DNA of 63,855 bases, filler included, from Sphacelaria rigidula (taxonomy: Eukaryota), in assembly GCA_964200075.2 (NCBI GenBank). It is 8 parts of 8 records of this genome, joined end to end, with 100 filler letters (N's around TTAATTAATTAA, not from the genome) between each part and the next. Parts side by side here need not be neighbours in the genome. Positions count along the whole stretch, not along the records: positions 47,968 to 55,861 come from CAXNAA020013076.1; positions 55,962 to 63,855 come from CAXNAA020013077.1; 6 more parts are not named here. The stretch is one strand, 5' to 3'. Positions 50,442 to 63,139 of this stretch are shown one piece after another. The notes beneath the pieces were generated by a model. The model made no database searches. It was not told the DNA's origin and saw only the letters and a program-made list of their open reading frames with translations. A program made the position numbers and the translations under genes. The stretch's first letter is position 1; the number at the start of each line of letters is the position of its first letter.

Positions 50442-50776
50442 CACACGCGGCTATTTGGCTACCTCCAAACTTCCTCCAGGTGGGTACACTTTTCGAGCCT
50501 CCAGAGGAATGAAGCGCCTCCGGAGGGGTGTGTGGCCCTCCAGAGGATATTTTTTCGTTACCTCCAGAGGGGTTGAACGCCTCCGGAGGCTTGTTCTTGT
50601 CTCTGGAGGGCCGCGCATACCCCCAAATTCCCTTGGAGGGGTGCGCGATCCTCCGGGTCGGTGGAGTTTTTGGTCTCCTCTAGAGGGATGGAAGGCCTCC
50701 GGAGCCTTGTTTTCCCCCTGGAGGGCCGCGCATCCCTCTAGAGGCATTTTGGGGTGTAGTCAAATGGCCGCGTGTG
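50442..50776. mobile_element. CACTA/CMC-like non-autonomous element with CCTC(C/T)(A/G)GAGG repeats
   Basis: ~28-bp TIRs CACACGCGGCTATTTGGCTAC / GTAGTCAAATGGCCGCGTGTG; interior filled with about 10 cctccagagg/cctccggagg motifs; no clear TSD. Confidence 0.6.
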
Positions 50777-52086
50777 GGCCCTTTTCAGAAGGAGCGAACT
50801 TGCATCGAGCCACACCTCTCCCACACCACAGAAAACTGAGACTCATTTTGAAGATGGAGTCTTTGTTGGTACGGGGAACGGAAAGGGGCGATCAACACAA
50901 ATAAATCAATGAAATAAAATCACAAGCACAAAGCAGAGAAAAAAAATCGAACCGATACCATAATTGAGTGTCCTCATGTTCCGTGAGCTTTTCAGACGGA
51001 GTCATGGGAAATCCAAAAAATAGAAATAATCCAAAATCAACAATCTAAGACATATACCACAAAAAGCAGTGTCTTCAGAATGCCGTGAGCATTTCCGCGA
51101 GAGCCACCGGAAGTCAGAGACCTATCATTGAAACGATCATTCTACTCTGCCATAACTATATCATGAATAAATAGTTCACTCTTTTCCGGATGTCCGATAT
51201 GTTTTAGATTATAGGTAGAAAACAAGCAAGCCCGCCAAGGCATTATATCACTCCGATAACCAAGTTCATGCTAATCACTCGTCCCAGTCAATCAGCAAAA
51301 GCCAGCAACGTACAGCCGATTTCGTCGCGGAAATGATAGTTTCCCGCGAAAAACATACGTTGAAAAATACCTAAATAGCATGATACGAACAAATCAACTC
51401 GTTGACGGGAGTTAATTGTCGGTACATGTTTGCGAGAGCAACAACTTGCTTGAGACGTCTTGGTGATGATCCAGTCGTACAGTTTTTTTTTTTCACCCGA
51501 CGAGATACGAAAACAACCGACCGGTTAGTGAGATCAGGTGTCTGTACACATCAAAAGAAATGTAGTGGAGTCGATACACAACCTTCGACCCTACTATACG
51601 TAGTTCCAAGGCGGATTGCCCACCAGATTTCTGAACCACGACAAATACACAGGACAGCGAGTACCAACGCAGCCCACTCTTCACAGTATTTTCCCGTTCG
51701 GACTAAAACGAGACTGGCCCGAACACAAACTGGGGTAAAACCCATAGCCGGGCATACCGTCACGTTACTTCGTCCAATAATCCCTGATAAAAACAAAACA
51801 CCACCGACCGATTTCAGGGGCGGGTAATTGTACGCAAAAAACTGGTAAAAGTGACAGAAAAAAATAGCGAGTGGCGGACTCTGAGCCTGTAGGCTGTACC
51901 AACGGTCGAATATCGATATGGCGGAACGGACAGTTCCAGAAGAGCAATCTACCTCATCATGATACGTAATGGTCCTGTATGAGGAGACGTTTGCAACCTA
52001 TTATACCGCGACTTCATGACAAAAGTAACACCGCTACGTACGACGTGGTCAGTGCTGACCTCGTTGTAACTCACCAATCACCAAGT

Positions 52087-52334
52087 GAGTCATCCTACGA
52101 TAGGGGGGGGGTATTTGGTTGCACGAAAAAAAAGGCTGATAAGTGTGTCAGATGACCTGCAACACTCGCGATGCGCTTGTATTTGGTTCAAAACGGTGTC
52201 AATCGGTATGAATAAGCGTCATGTATCTGTAACAAGCTCATTCAAGCAACCGTTCCTGATTTCAGCGGCGATTTGCCTTGGAATTTCGTGCAAGAAGTGG
52301 CCCAAAATATCACCCCCCTATCGTAGGATGACTC
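52087..52334. mobile_element. 248-bp Sola-like MITE
   Basis: GAGTCATCCTACGATAGGGGGG / CCCCCCTATCGTAGGATGACTC, flanked by CAAGT on both sides; the same TIR recurs at 63815. Confidence 0.85.
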
Positions 52335-53733
52335 CAAGTATAAACCATCGCGTCGCATCACCCGTGACCCTCCTATAAACGAGGTTGGTCACACGCGGCA
52401 GGATTCGCAAAAACAAATAGGCCAAGTGTTCTAGACTCGAGGGTCAGGAACTAGGGAACGTTGGACCACTCGTGTCGAAATTCCCGACATAGACGCAGAA
52501 ACCAAAACCAAAATAAATACAAAACCAGGGGCACGCTGGGCAACAGCGAAAACGAAATATCCGCAACATAAAGCAGAAAAACAACACGTGGCAATCGTCC
52601 TTGTAAACGGAAGCGGTTATCATGTGTATGAAGCAAGCAGGGTCAAAAGTTTCAATCAAGAAGGTAAAAATATTTCAGGCATTCGGCTTCGGCTATTATC
52701 GCCCATGTTAATACAAAACTCAGCGTGGTACGCACACAAAAAGGGGACACGTCATTACCGATCCTGAAGGGGGAGCCGGTATGCGTGTACGGAGCGGTTG
52801 GGCAAAAGCGCTATTATTCAAGACGGGGGGGTCAGGTATATCTAGCGCTCGCTCCTAAAACTCTCGACCGAAAAGACAAAAAAGTAAAACAACTAAAACA
52901 ACATATTACACAAAGGACAAAAGGTGCGTACAACGAAAAACAAATGAAGAAATAAACAGGGGTCTACACGTTACACGTGCCACAGCGTTACACGTTACGT
53001 TCACGTTACGTTTCGGCCGAAACGTAACGTGAACGTTAAAAACATTTACGTCATGAACATAACGTGAACGTAACGTTAGAATTTCAAATGAAACGTCAAC
53101 GTAACGTTACATGTTTTCAACGTGACATACGTAACGTAACGTGAACGTTTAATTGCCCAAACGTTCAAATCACGTAATATGAAACGTTTCATGTAACGTG
53201 TAACGTCCATCACACGTTACACGTGCATTATACATTACACGCTATATGTAACGTTACACGTTATATGTAACGTTACACGTTATATGTAACGTTACACGTT
53301 ATATGTAACGTTACACGTTACATAAAACGTCATGAACACGTCACATCATGACATGCAGTGGTGAAACTTCAAGTTTGCAATGAATTTTTAAATCCTAGAA
53401 GATGATGCTTCAATAAACACGAGTGAGTTTGAATGACCATGATATAGGTATGGTACTAGCGCAGAAATTTCGCGCGCGAGATAGATGCAGCACTCTGCTG
53501 TCGTGTTGTGGTATACAGTCAATACTGACTGTCTGTACTACTGTGATACATTGCCTGAGCAATACATGGTGGGCTGCGTGACGCAAGACGATCAATACGA
53601 ACACCGCCTTGCTGTACTAATAACTGACTGTAGAAGTGACGGTTGTGCTTTTCACTACACGGTAGAACTTGACTGAAAGGAAAGCACGGACAAGAGTACA
53701 CAAAACAGTACTGTATTGTATGCATTGGCTGTG

Positions 53734-54030
53734 AACTTTTTCGTGGGATTGAGAGTAGAGCGCTGATTGGGAGTGGCTTTGTTCATTCGCTTGAACTTAG
53801 CCAAGTATTCATTCCGTGTGCGCTTTTTCTCCCCTCCACCACTGGCGTGTGCTTGAAGCTACACGTCGATATCCTACTCAAGGATATCAAGGGCCTCAGT
53901 GACAAGTTACTACAGAAAGAATAGTGGGCCTCGTGGAGGGGCATTTCGGAACTGAAACGGGTAATTAATTAATTGACCGCTTTTCACTCTCAATGGTATC
54001 CTCTTTTCTCAATCTCACGAAAACCTTGTT
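53734..54030. mobile_element. ~300-bp MITE nested in the hAT element
   Basis: Reverse-oriented homolog of 14991-15288. Confidence 0.7.
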
Positions 54031-54560
54031 TGTAATGATGGCTTGGCTGCTATCATCACCGCTGTCGCTGGTTCTCGCGGGCAGTCAGCGTTTTTCGTTA
54101 TTGTCCTTCGCTCGCCAGTAGCGTGATGGCCCTTACCTCTTACCCCCATGAGAACAAAACAGGGCAGGGTCCATGACGAGCGCTGTCAGACACTCTGTAT
54201 GTAGGTTGCACAATGATGTAGCTCAGTTCCGGTCTGTACATAGATGCAGCATATATATGCAGCGTGTTTCAAACAGCATTCGAATACAGTACAGACTGCC
54301 CAAGCACCCAAGCCCTGTAGACACTACAGCAGAAGCACTACTGCTTATACTGTGGTCTTGTGTGTACGGTCAGTGCGGTTCTATCTCTACCAGTCTTGGG
54401 TGCGTGGGCAGTCTATACTGCATCGCAAGTGCTGTTCGCATCACTCTGCATGCACAGACCTGAAATGCGAGCCAAAATACTCTGTGCAAACTACACACAG
54501 TGTTTGTACAGAATTCGTCATCGACCCTGCCCTGTGCTGTTCTCATGGGGTGAAGAGCTA

Positions 54561-54853
54561 CACGGGTGGCCACTGGGGTCTGTAACCTGGCCATTTTGGG
54601 ACCTTATCCACCTTTGGTAAGGTCTACGGGTTAGGTGGACAACTGAAGAGCATTCGCACAGCATGGACAGGTTCGAAACAAAGCATGTTCCAGTCTACAG
54701 GGAAGTCACCCGGCTATAGACTGGGACATGTTTTGTTTCGAACCTGTCCATGCTGTGCGAATGCTCTTCAGTTGTCCACCTAATCCGCAGACCTTACCAA
54801 AGGTGGATAAGGTCCCAAAATGGCCAGGTTACAGACCCCAGTGGCCACCCGTG
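54561..54853. mobile_element. 293-bp palindromic Tc1/mariner-type MITE with TA TSD
   Basis: ~135-bp near-perfect inverted arms starting CACGGGTGGCCACTGGGGTC, TA on both sides; an empty-site paralog is present at ~24200. Confidence 0.92.
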
Positions 54854-55861
54854 TACCATGATACTGGCGAGCGAAGGACAATGAAGCAACACGCTGACTA
54901 CCGGCGAGCACCAGCGACAGCAGTGGTGATGGCAGCCAAGTCACCCATGGCTGCTGTCGTGGGCTCCAATGTGTGCTGGCGAGCGGCGGGATTTCAAACG
55001 CGTTTTCTGATAACATATGAAGTGGGTTATCAGAAAACGCGTTTTTTCCTGGAGTTTTTCCTCTACATGAGAACTAGCCGACGGGTCACCGTCAGCGTCA
55101 CGTACACGGTAACATCACGCCTTAAACGACACGTTACAATGCCTTAAACACTGGTAAATGAGCCGGGACATGCACAGAATGAAACGCTACATTCGAACGT
55201 TACGCGTGTCAACGTAACGTTATACTAGACGTTACACGTGGCATTGAAACGTTTCATATTACGTTACATGTAACGAAACGTAACGTGAACGTTTTTTTAC
55301 GTGATGAACGTAACGTGAACGTAACGTTAGATTTTCAAATGAAACGTTAACGTAACGTTCAAGTTTGTTTAACGTGACAGACGTAACGTAACGTGAACGT
55401 TAAATATTTTTCACGTAATGAACGTAACGTGAACGTGTAACGTGTAACGTGTAGACCCTTGGAAATAAATAACTTGTGGCAACTATTCCACTAGACAGAA
55501 TGGTTGTGAATGTACGGCGCAAAGGACGGAAGTTCAAGGTTCCAGACTCGGGGTCAGGAACGGAACGATCGTCACTTATACTTTGCCAGATGAACCCAGG
55601 ATTAACCAAGAAAATTACCCATTGAACACAAAAAATCGAAAACAAAGCACGAGGCGAAAAGAGAAGAAAAGAAGAGAAGAGAAACAAGAAAAACAAAGAC
55701 AAAAACAAATCAAAACAGTTGGCGCAAAGGCAAAGGAAACCGAAACACAAAATCAGGTCCAGAGCAACAAAAAACAAAACACCAAATACCAAATAACAGC
55801 CGATCCTAATTTTTGGGGTTGAAACAAAATATGAGGTTGAAGTCCCATCCCTCCATTGCAG

Positions 55862-55961
55862 NNNNNNNNNNNNNNNNNNNNNNNNNNNNNNNNNNNNNNN
55901 NNNNNTTAATTAATTAANNNNNNNNNNNNNNNNNNNNNNNNNNNNNNNNNNNNNNNNNNNN
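55862..55961. other. Artificial contig linker
   Basis: Same cassette. Confidence 0.98.
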
Positions 55962-57798
55962 CACTAGACCAAACTTTGCTTCGCCATCCCGGCGCACGCG
56001 AGATGTCGTCAGGGGTTGATGATCTATTGACATCGACCGTTCTCTCGAAAACCTGCAGCACAGACATTACCCAGCGCAGAGATTCCAGGATACTGTCTGT
56101 GCTGTCTCATGCAGTGAATTGTAGGTGTCAGTTTGCAAACAATAGTAGTACGCACGGCTGTAGTAAAAATAATGCGTACGAGGTGGGACATGTGGACAAC
56201 GTGCAATACAGACAACACCAGGCAGTACCGTACTGTCTACACTGCCGCATTGAACAGCAGGATCCACATGCCATGCTGCCTGTTCGACCTGCCGCATGCG
56301 GCAGCATACATACGCACATGTCAGGTTGAACAAGGAAACATATAACGGCTGCACCTGGCTGCACTAAAATTGATGTGAAGGAGTGCAGTACAGAGAGAAG
56401 TAGACAGTGCATTGATACTGTCTGTACTGCCGCATACGGAATACGACAGTATAGATAAAACATGTCAGTTTGCACACAGAGCGAGCTGGGCCAGCAGCGA
56501 TCGGGGGGAGTCTATGTTTCACGTCTTCTTACACAAACACAGGGAGCCTGGCATGGCGAAGTCTTCAGGCGTTTGTACCTCGCTTTTGCGTGCACACCCA
56601 TTTGAACTCCGCTGACGGTACTTCGGGTACCCCATCCCCCTAAAATATATATATATATATACATATGGAACAGTAAGCTAAGGTGAACACCCCTCATAGT
56701 ATTCCCAGCGGTATTTTTTACTCATAATTTGTTGCAAAAAACGAGGGGAAAAAACGAACCGGAAGAAACGGCCGTAGTCTACGATGTCGTTCTGTCCGGC
56801 TTTTTCTGTTGCTTTTTTTTTCTTCAGTGAGTGTTTCAGGTTTTGTTTTTTTCGGGTACGTCCATCATGTGGCGACGGCTGGATCTTTGGGGGGTCAGTT
56901 AAAGAGCAAAAATCAATCAATCAGACACGTACAGCACTTGTTACCGTCAACGTAAAAATATATGTGATATCATGTCGTAGTGTACTGTAAAGACTTCGCG
57001 CATCGTGTATGAAACTCTTCCACTATTATAATGATGACCTAGTTGCGATGGACCGGGAGCCTCTTTTGCCCAGTGCTGTTACACCTTCGAAGCGTAAGTA
57101 TTGTATTCACATTTTTAGTATTACCGCGCTCACGAACCTCTCCCCACCACGAACTACCGGCAGGAAGGCGGGTGGAGCGTTTCGCACGTCGGAGGAATAA
57201 GAGCATGCTTTTCCATCCATGTTCAACTTTTGCACGAATCAAACCATGCCATTCGTACGAGAACTGTGATTCGTACAGCACTACTGCATGGAACGCACAC
57301 AGTCCGGATCGTCGTTCATACGATAACACCTTCGAGCGTGCACCTTATTTTTTTAATCATACCGTATGAATCACGCGTACATGTTCCCCATTTTGCGATT
57401 CATACAGCATCAATCATTGTACGTGCTTCCCGCCTTTGAATCAATCATGAGGCATGAATCAATCCTACGTACGTTTTCCCATCTGTCAGCCGTACAGCAT
57501 GAATCGCGCGTACATACAGTATTTCCCCACGTGTCATTCATGCCCACGGATGTCTTTTTTCCTTCTTCCCCGCTAATCATTCGTGCGAAATGAATTAAAA
57601 TCCCCAGCGTCCGTCCACCATTTTTAAGCGCCAAAACCTTTTGCCTCAGTAAAAATTCAGCAAATGCCGTTCATGAGGCACAACTATTGATTCATTTCCT
57701 GACCCCCCTCCCCTCAGTTCGTGTAGCATGACTGCTGCGTATTGTGACGACCGTAGAGTTTACACTTGGTGAGGTGAAGTTGACCCGACTTGGTTTTA

Positions 57799-58011
57799 TC
57801 CTTGGACCGCGAGGCGGGCATCCCATCTCGATCACTCATACTTTTTTCAAGTGAATATTGATGCCGATTTCAGCAGGTGACCTCTCCTCGCGATGAAAGG
57901 GTCAAATAGTTAACCCTTGGACCGCGAACGTAGCCCATCTGGAGTATTCGAAGTTTTCTCAAGTGAAATCGATGCCGATTCAACATAAGACCTACTCTCG
58001 CTGTCCAAGAG
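57799..58011. mobile_element. Two adjacent ~100-bp piggyBac-like MITEs (57799-57901, 57914-58011)
   Basis: TTAA-CCCTTGGACCGCGA ... TCGCTGTCCAAG(A/G)G ends and a shared core. Confidence 0.6.
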
Positions 58012-58163
58012 TTTAGTATGAACACCGGAATCCAGATCTTCATTAGGGGCTGTTCTCCTAGCGCGCTCGGAACTCTTTTTTTTTTTTTTGTCTAAATCGG
58101 CTACGATGTGAGGTCTGGCAATGCACACTTTGCCCAGGAAACTCCCCGCCTTCCCCTTACCCA

Positions 58164-58187
58164 AGGGTTAGGGCTAGGGTTAGGGTT
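58164..58187 (+). repeat. Short interstitial TTAGGG-like run
   Basis: agggttagggctagggttagggtt; an inverted short run occurs at ~58737-58754. Confidence 0.7.
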
Positions 58188-58992
58188 GGAATTATTCTGA
58201 ATTCATAAATATTGGAGAAAGTTCTTCACCCTATCAGGTGGTAGACTAACCTCTCGACGGCTAGGGTGGGCATTTTGTTGAATTGGCATTACTTGAACTC
58301 GAAAAATATAGGCAAACGATACCGATTGAACAGATCGCCTACCCTGGATCCAGTAGAGTTCCCCACTTGACAAGGGTTGGTTGGTCACACTTGGTTTCAG
58401 TGTGGACACTGAAATCCGGATCTTTAATGGGGGCACTGTGCTCCTAGAGCGCGCAGGACGCGTTTTTGTCGAAATCGATGCCTACGGTGCCGCTTCGAGG
58501 TCTGGCAACGTACACTTTGCCTAGGGAACAAGTCTGCACCCCTCTTGCCCGACGGTTCTTGGTATGCCTTCGATGGGGTGAAACGGGTTCCTGTCGAAGG
58601 GGGGTGTTTTCCAACATCCCCTCTTGAAAGGGGGCTGCGCCCACAACGGCCAGTTTGATTCTTATCGAGAAGCGAGGTGGGTTAACCGGAGTTGAGCTAA
58701 ATTTCATTCATGGTTGACACATTTCACAACCATCGCTAACCATAACCCTAACCCAACACATACCGAGAGCCCTCGGGTGAGGGAGGTTGCGCAGGGGTCC
58801 CTAGGTGAAGTATGGCGTTGGTAGACCCCAAATCGTGGGCACCGAGGCCGATTTGGACGAAAGTGCGTTCTGCGTACGCTGGAAGCACGCGGGACTGTCA
58901 AGCCGCACTAAAGATCCGATTCCCGTTGTTGACATTCGAATCAAGGTTCTGTTATATCAACTATGGGTAGATTGTAGCCCAACTCCGGTTAA

Positions 58993-59091
58993 CCCTTGAG
59001 GCCGCGAACGTAGTCCATCTGAAGTATGCATACTCTTTTCAAGTGATATTGATGCCGATTCAACAGATGACCTGCTCTCGCTGTCCAAGGG
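58993..59091. mobile_element. piggyBac-like MITE copy
   Basis: TTAA-CCCTTGAGGCCGCGA ... TCGCTGTCCAAGGG. Confidence 0.6.
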
Positions 59092-59514
59092 CTGATTCTA
59101 TTGCGAGAAGCAGATTTGTACAGATCCAAACCCGCATCTGCGCACACCTTTTGAAATGCAGCGGTTCTGGAACTGGTCGTGAGCTCAACAGCTTTGTACT
59201 GTTGGTGCACAAAATTCGTAAGTTAGCATTCCTTATGTTCATCTCACTTTTTTCTTCTGTTTTTTGTACCACCAGGTACGCCGGCTATGCATGGATGACG
59301 CCCCTGTCCCTTACGCGGAGAGCATGGAAAAGGCAGTCGTCAAGCGTGGAGATGACCTGATAAAGGCCGTACTAGACCTCGCCAAAAACGCCTAGGCGGT
59401 GACTAATAGAACCCCCCATCCTTGCAAGAGGGGAAGGTACACAGTGTTTCTTGTGCGGGGCCTAAGCATTCCGTATATTCTTCGAGGCAGATGTATGCCG
59501 TTGATAGTTATGGT

Positions 59515-59760
59515 GGGGGGGAGGGATGTAGTCATGATCTTGCACCGTAGTCATAAGACCATTGAACTCGCATTCCTACAAAGCCGGGACAGAGCATGCT
59601 GTGTTTTCGCCGGACCAGGCTCACAACCAATCACCAAGCGCGAAGCGCCGTGGTGTGTTCGGCGAGGCGCATGAATGGTGAACTGCATCCTGCTAAGATT
59701 GTTCGACCCAAAGCGTACTGATTATATTGCGTATGGATGAGAGCCTACAATGATTTGCTT
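59515..59760 (+). repeat. Poly-G-TGTAGTCATG family copy, with further 5' fragments at 59780-59850 and 60270-60435
   Basis: Same core. Confidence 0.75.
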
Positions 59761-60478
59761 CATATTTTTTTTCAAGGAGGGGGGCGTACTCATTTTGTCG
59801 CTTGCCTAAGTCGTGTGACCATTGACCACGCATCCCTTTCGAGACAGAGCAGGGGGGGGTAGGGGGCGGGGGGGGGGTACTAGTTGTTCTGTGAGAGGTA
59901 CCCCGGTTTTCCCGCGTCGACAATGTCACGAGTGATGTTATTCTTCCGAAACGATGACACCGCGCCCCAGTGGTAAAAATAAAAAGGTCAAATCGATCAA
60001 TCGGTGAGAGCGGAGTTAGGGGTTCGATTCCCAGTATATATATCATTTCCATATATTTTTTTACTCGGGAGTACATTACCTGATTTATGTCTCTGAAAGT
60101 TTGAGAACGTGAGCAACAAAAAAATATTGTAAATGTCGACACGGTGCGGCAGTGCTGATGTAATCCGCGATACCAAACCAAACTGTCTGATATATTATGA
60201 GGGGGAGGGGGGGAAGGGGGGGGAGTAGGAGAGTTTATCTCTGAGGACCACGGACTCGACCAGAGAGGGGGGGGGGGGCGTACTTACTTGTTCCTTGCAT
60301 TATAATAGTTGTTCAACCATTGACCACGCATCCCCATCGAGACGAACTCGACGTCAGGGGGGGGGTGTACTCATTACCTTGTATGCCATAGCCATATGAT
60401 CTTTGACCTCGCATCCCTATGAAGCCGGGACGGCGTGGCCAGCGGCCAAACGACGGAGGCAAGCAGCGAATAAGTGCG

Positions 60479-60534
<56 letters not shown>

Positions 60535-61111
60535 ACAACCACCACACACCACCCTCCCCCACAAACCACGCAACNNNNNNNNNNCCGGGCCGGGGGGGCC
60601 AGCGGCCAAACGACGGAGGCAAGCCGCGAAAAAGGCCCCCCCCCCCCCCCCCCCTCCCTCCCCCCCGAACCAGCCCCACAACTGTCACGAAGAAAAAAAT
60701 GGTCACTCAGCGCAAAATGTATGGTTTCAAATTGCGTGGAGTGCCTCACATGAGTGACTCTGGCGAAACACGGTTCCGAGCGTGGGAGGTTCTAGCTGCT
60801 CGCTATGCTCGGCTTTTTGTCATTTTGAATCGCATATAAATTAGCATTCTGGGTGCGGTTTTTCTTCTTGCTTTGGGCAGTTATATATATAGAGAGAGAG
60901 ATGGACATATATATATCTATTTTTTTTTTCTTCAAGGGATGTTATTGGGGATTTGCTGTGTGTGGAATGTAGCGCCAGGGAGGATGAGTTTGCTGTTTTT
61001 CTTCTGTGAATGAGTGGAGACGCAGCGTTTCGAGATGCGTGCGATGGCATATCACCTCAAAATTACACCACTTACTTGCCACATTGTTTTTGTGATTTCC
61101 CCACCACGAGT

Positions 61112-61405
61112 AATGCTGTTTTCGTGAGATTGAGAGTAAAGCGCTAATCGAGAGTGGATTTCATCTTAGCTTTGGCCAATTTTTCATCCCGTGTGTGCTT
61201 TTCTTTGCCTGCATCACTGGCGTGTGCTTAACAGCCGCACATCGATATCTCAATCAGGGATATCAAGGGCTTCAGTCGCTAGCCTCTACAGAAAGCACAC
61301 CGGGACTCGTCAAGGGGCATTTCGGAACTGAAGCGATTCAGGCACTAGTTAACCGCTTCTCATTCTCAATCGTATCCTCTATTATCAATCTCTCAAAACA
61401 TCTTT
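61112..61405. mobile_element. ~300-bp MITE copy
   Basis: Homolog of 14991-15288 and 53734-54030. Confidence 0.65.
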
Positions 61406-61919
61406 GAGTCTGTCTGTCACGCGGCTGTTACATTATTTATTTCGCAATCCGCTCAACCTGTGGTGAATGACACTGATGGACAGCAAGCTCGGCGTTTTTT
61501 TTTTCCAACCCTCGGACTACAACAGTAATATTTTCGAGACCCGTTGTCGAAAAATTGGATATGAGATTATCGATTTATTCCCGGTCACCCCGGGGTACGC
61601 TTGATGAAAGAAAGTCCCAGTTTCTGGTACAAGTGTTTGAAGGAAGCAGCGTGCTTTTGAGTTGAAACAATTGCATACTAGTTCGGTCAGCCTGCTGAAG
61701 GATTTGTGGTCTCAGAGCCGTATCTCATCGACACAGACGAATTAGGGGAAGGTGCCCATCTGCTCTAAAGCTTAAGCCAATTTTTTGTCATTGACTCAAC
61801 TTCATATATATCGACTGATTCCTGTACCGTACGGGTGTAGGGTCCATTGTAAAGTCTACATTACACCCCGAACGACATGTATGGCGGATGATGATTTTTG
61901 GTGTGAACAACATCTCTTG

Positions 61920-62380
61920 GAGCAATGCCACGGCAGAGGTGCACGTTTATTTTCTGAAGCTCTTTGCTGTAGGAGTCTCTCGATGACAAATATCTGGGCC
62001 TTAGTGTGCAGCCTCAAAAAACTGGGAGCACGGGGAAATGATCGATATCCTCACGTTCACATAATTCGTTATCTGGAGATATGGTGGACATCAGATTCTG
62101 TACTAAACTCAATACATTGCGAGCGCGAGCATATTACATTATTAGCTCGATCTCTCGATCCCGTGGTCACAGAGTGCAAGGGGCATGGGCAATGCTACGG
62201 TAGGTGTGCACTTTTTGCGCGAAATCTTGTCTAGTTCAGGGGCTCCGAACGATTCTAGATGCACAAGAATATGGGTCAGGGCATCCCCGTTTGCAAATTC
62301 ATTCGGGATATCCCAATCACATTGGAGTAGTAGTGTTACAACAGACAGTATAGTGTTGGGTTCTCTCAGCATTAGGCATC
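61920..62380. mobile_element. Two partial Sola2-like MITE copies (from 61920 and from 62187)
   Basis: GAGCAATGCCACGGCAGAGGTGCAC and GGGCAATGCTACGGTAGGTGTGCAC starts; interiors match the 19675 and 1627 copies respectively. Confidence 0.6.
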
Positions 62381-62564
62381 GCTACTGGCTTACAGGAAGG
62401 CGATATGTGTAATGGTCTCGAACAAGCATCCAGTTGACTCAAATCATGCGCATACAAATACGTGATGGTTAATATATACCTTGTTGAGTATGCCGGAACA
62501 TGTTGCAAATTCACCATCATCTGATTGTGCACTGAAATCCACTTATAATACTATCATGACGACA

Positions 62565-63012
62565 TGTTTCACAACTGACGTACCGCGATTACGTTTCGGG
62601 GATCCGTACTGTATTGTCTCACCGTGATCAGCAACCAACCTGCAAAATTATAGCAAGAGGGAATGCGTCCAACGCTGTACAGTACACATGGAACGGCAAG
62701 GACCTTGATCACAGCTCCATGAGCGATTCAGTTTCTCTTTTGTGGTGGTGGCTTTGATAGCCTCATCAACAGATTCACATGAGCTCTTGGCTCGTCTCGT
62801 GCTCATAAAGAGAGTAAAACCAAGGGCCGCAGCGGGTCATGAAAACCACGGCGCGCACGGAGGCGTGTCTGTAACCATTGCAACGGACACCACTCCCTCT
62901 CCTCTAGCTGGAATACCCGTAGTACAAATCAACTAGCCCTCTGAGCCCATCAGTCGAGTAGCTGGGCTCATCCTCGTACTACCCTCCCACCATTACGCCG
63001 CGATCCATAACA
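62565..63012 (-). mobile_element. Putative 3' LTR of a minus-strand LTR retrotransposon
   Basis: On the minus strand GAGGGGGGG (PPT-like, 63013-63021) is followed by TGTTATGG; the proposed other end is ...AAACA at 62565; partner LTR is not in the contig. Confidence 0.5.
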
Positions 63013-63139
63013 CCCCCCCTCAGGCCTAGGGTCGGAAAACCCTGGGACTGAACGTGGTTCAACGATGGATCGCCGCGTCACGATGTTCTTCTTCCCCGAG
63101 TAATTGGCGTTGCTTCGTATCGCCGTCGATTTTGGTAAC

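Larger units (their letters stand above)
52957..55461. mobile_element. 2505-bp non-autonomous hAT element with AACGT subterminal arrays
   Basis: TIRs CAGGGGTCTACACGTTACACG / CGTGTAACGTGTAGACCCTTG; perfect 8-bp TSD GAAATAAA (52949-52956, 55462-55469); inverted ACGT-rich arrays at 52965-53340 and 55180-55450; no transposase ORF. Confidence 0.9.

Noticed and set aside
50465..50745. CRISPR-like short palindromes with spacers
   Set aside because: The motif is only 10 bp, spacing is irregular and the block is enclosed by TIRs
58164..58187. True telomere
   Set aside because: Only about four imperfect units, internal to the contig
60403..60839. Poly-Pro/poly-Gly ORFs
   Set aside because: They derive from a ~55-nt poly-C tract and a sequence duplicated on either side of a 10-N gap, probably an assembly or sequencing artefact
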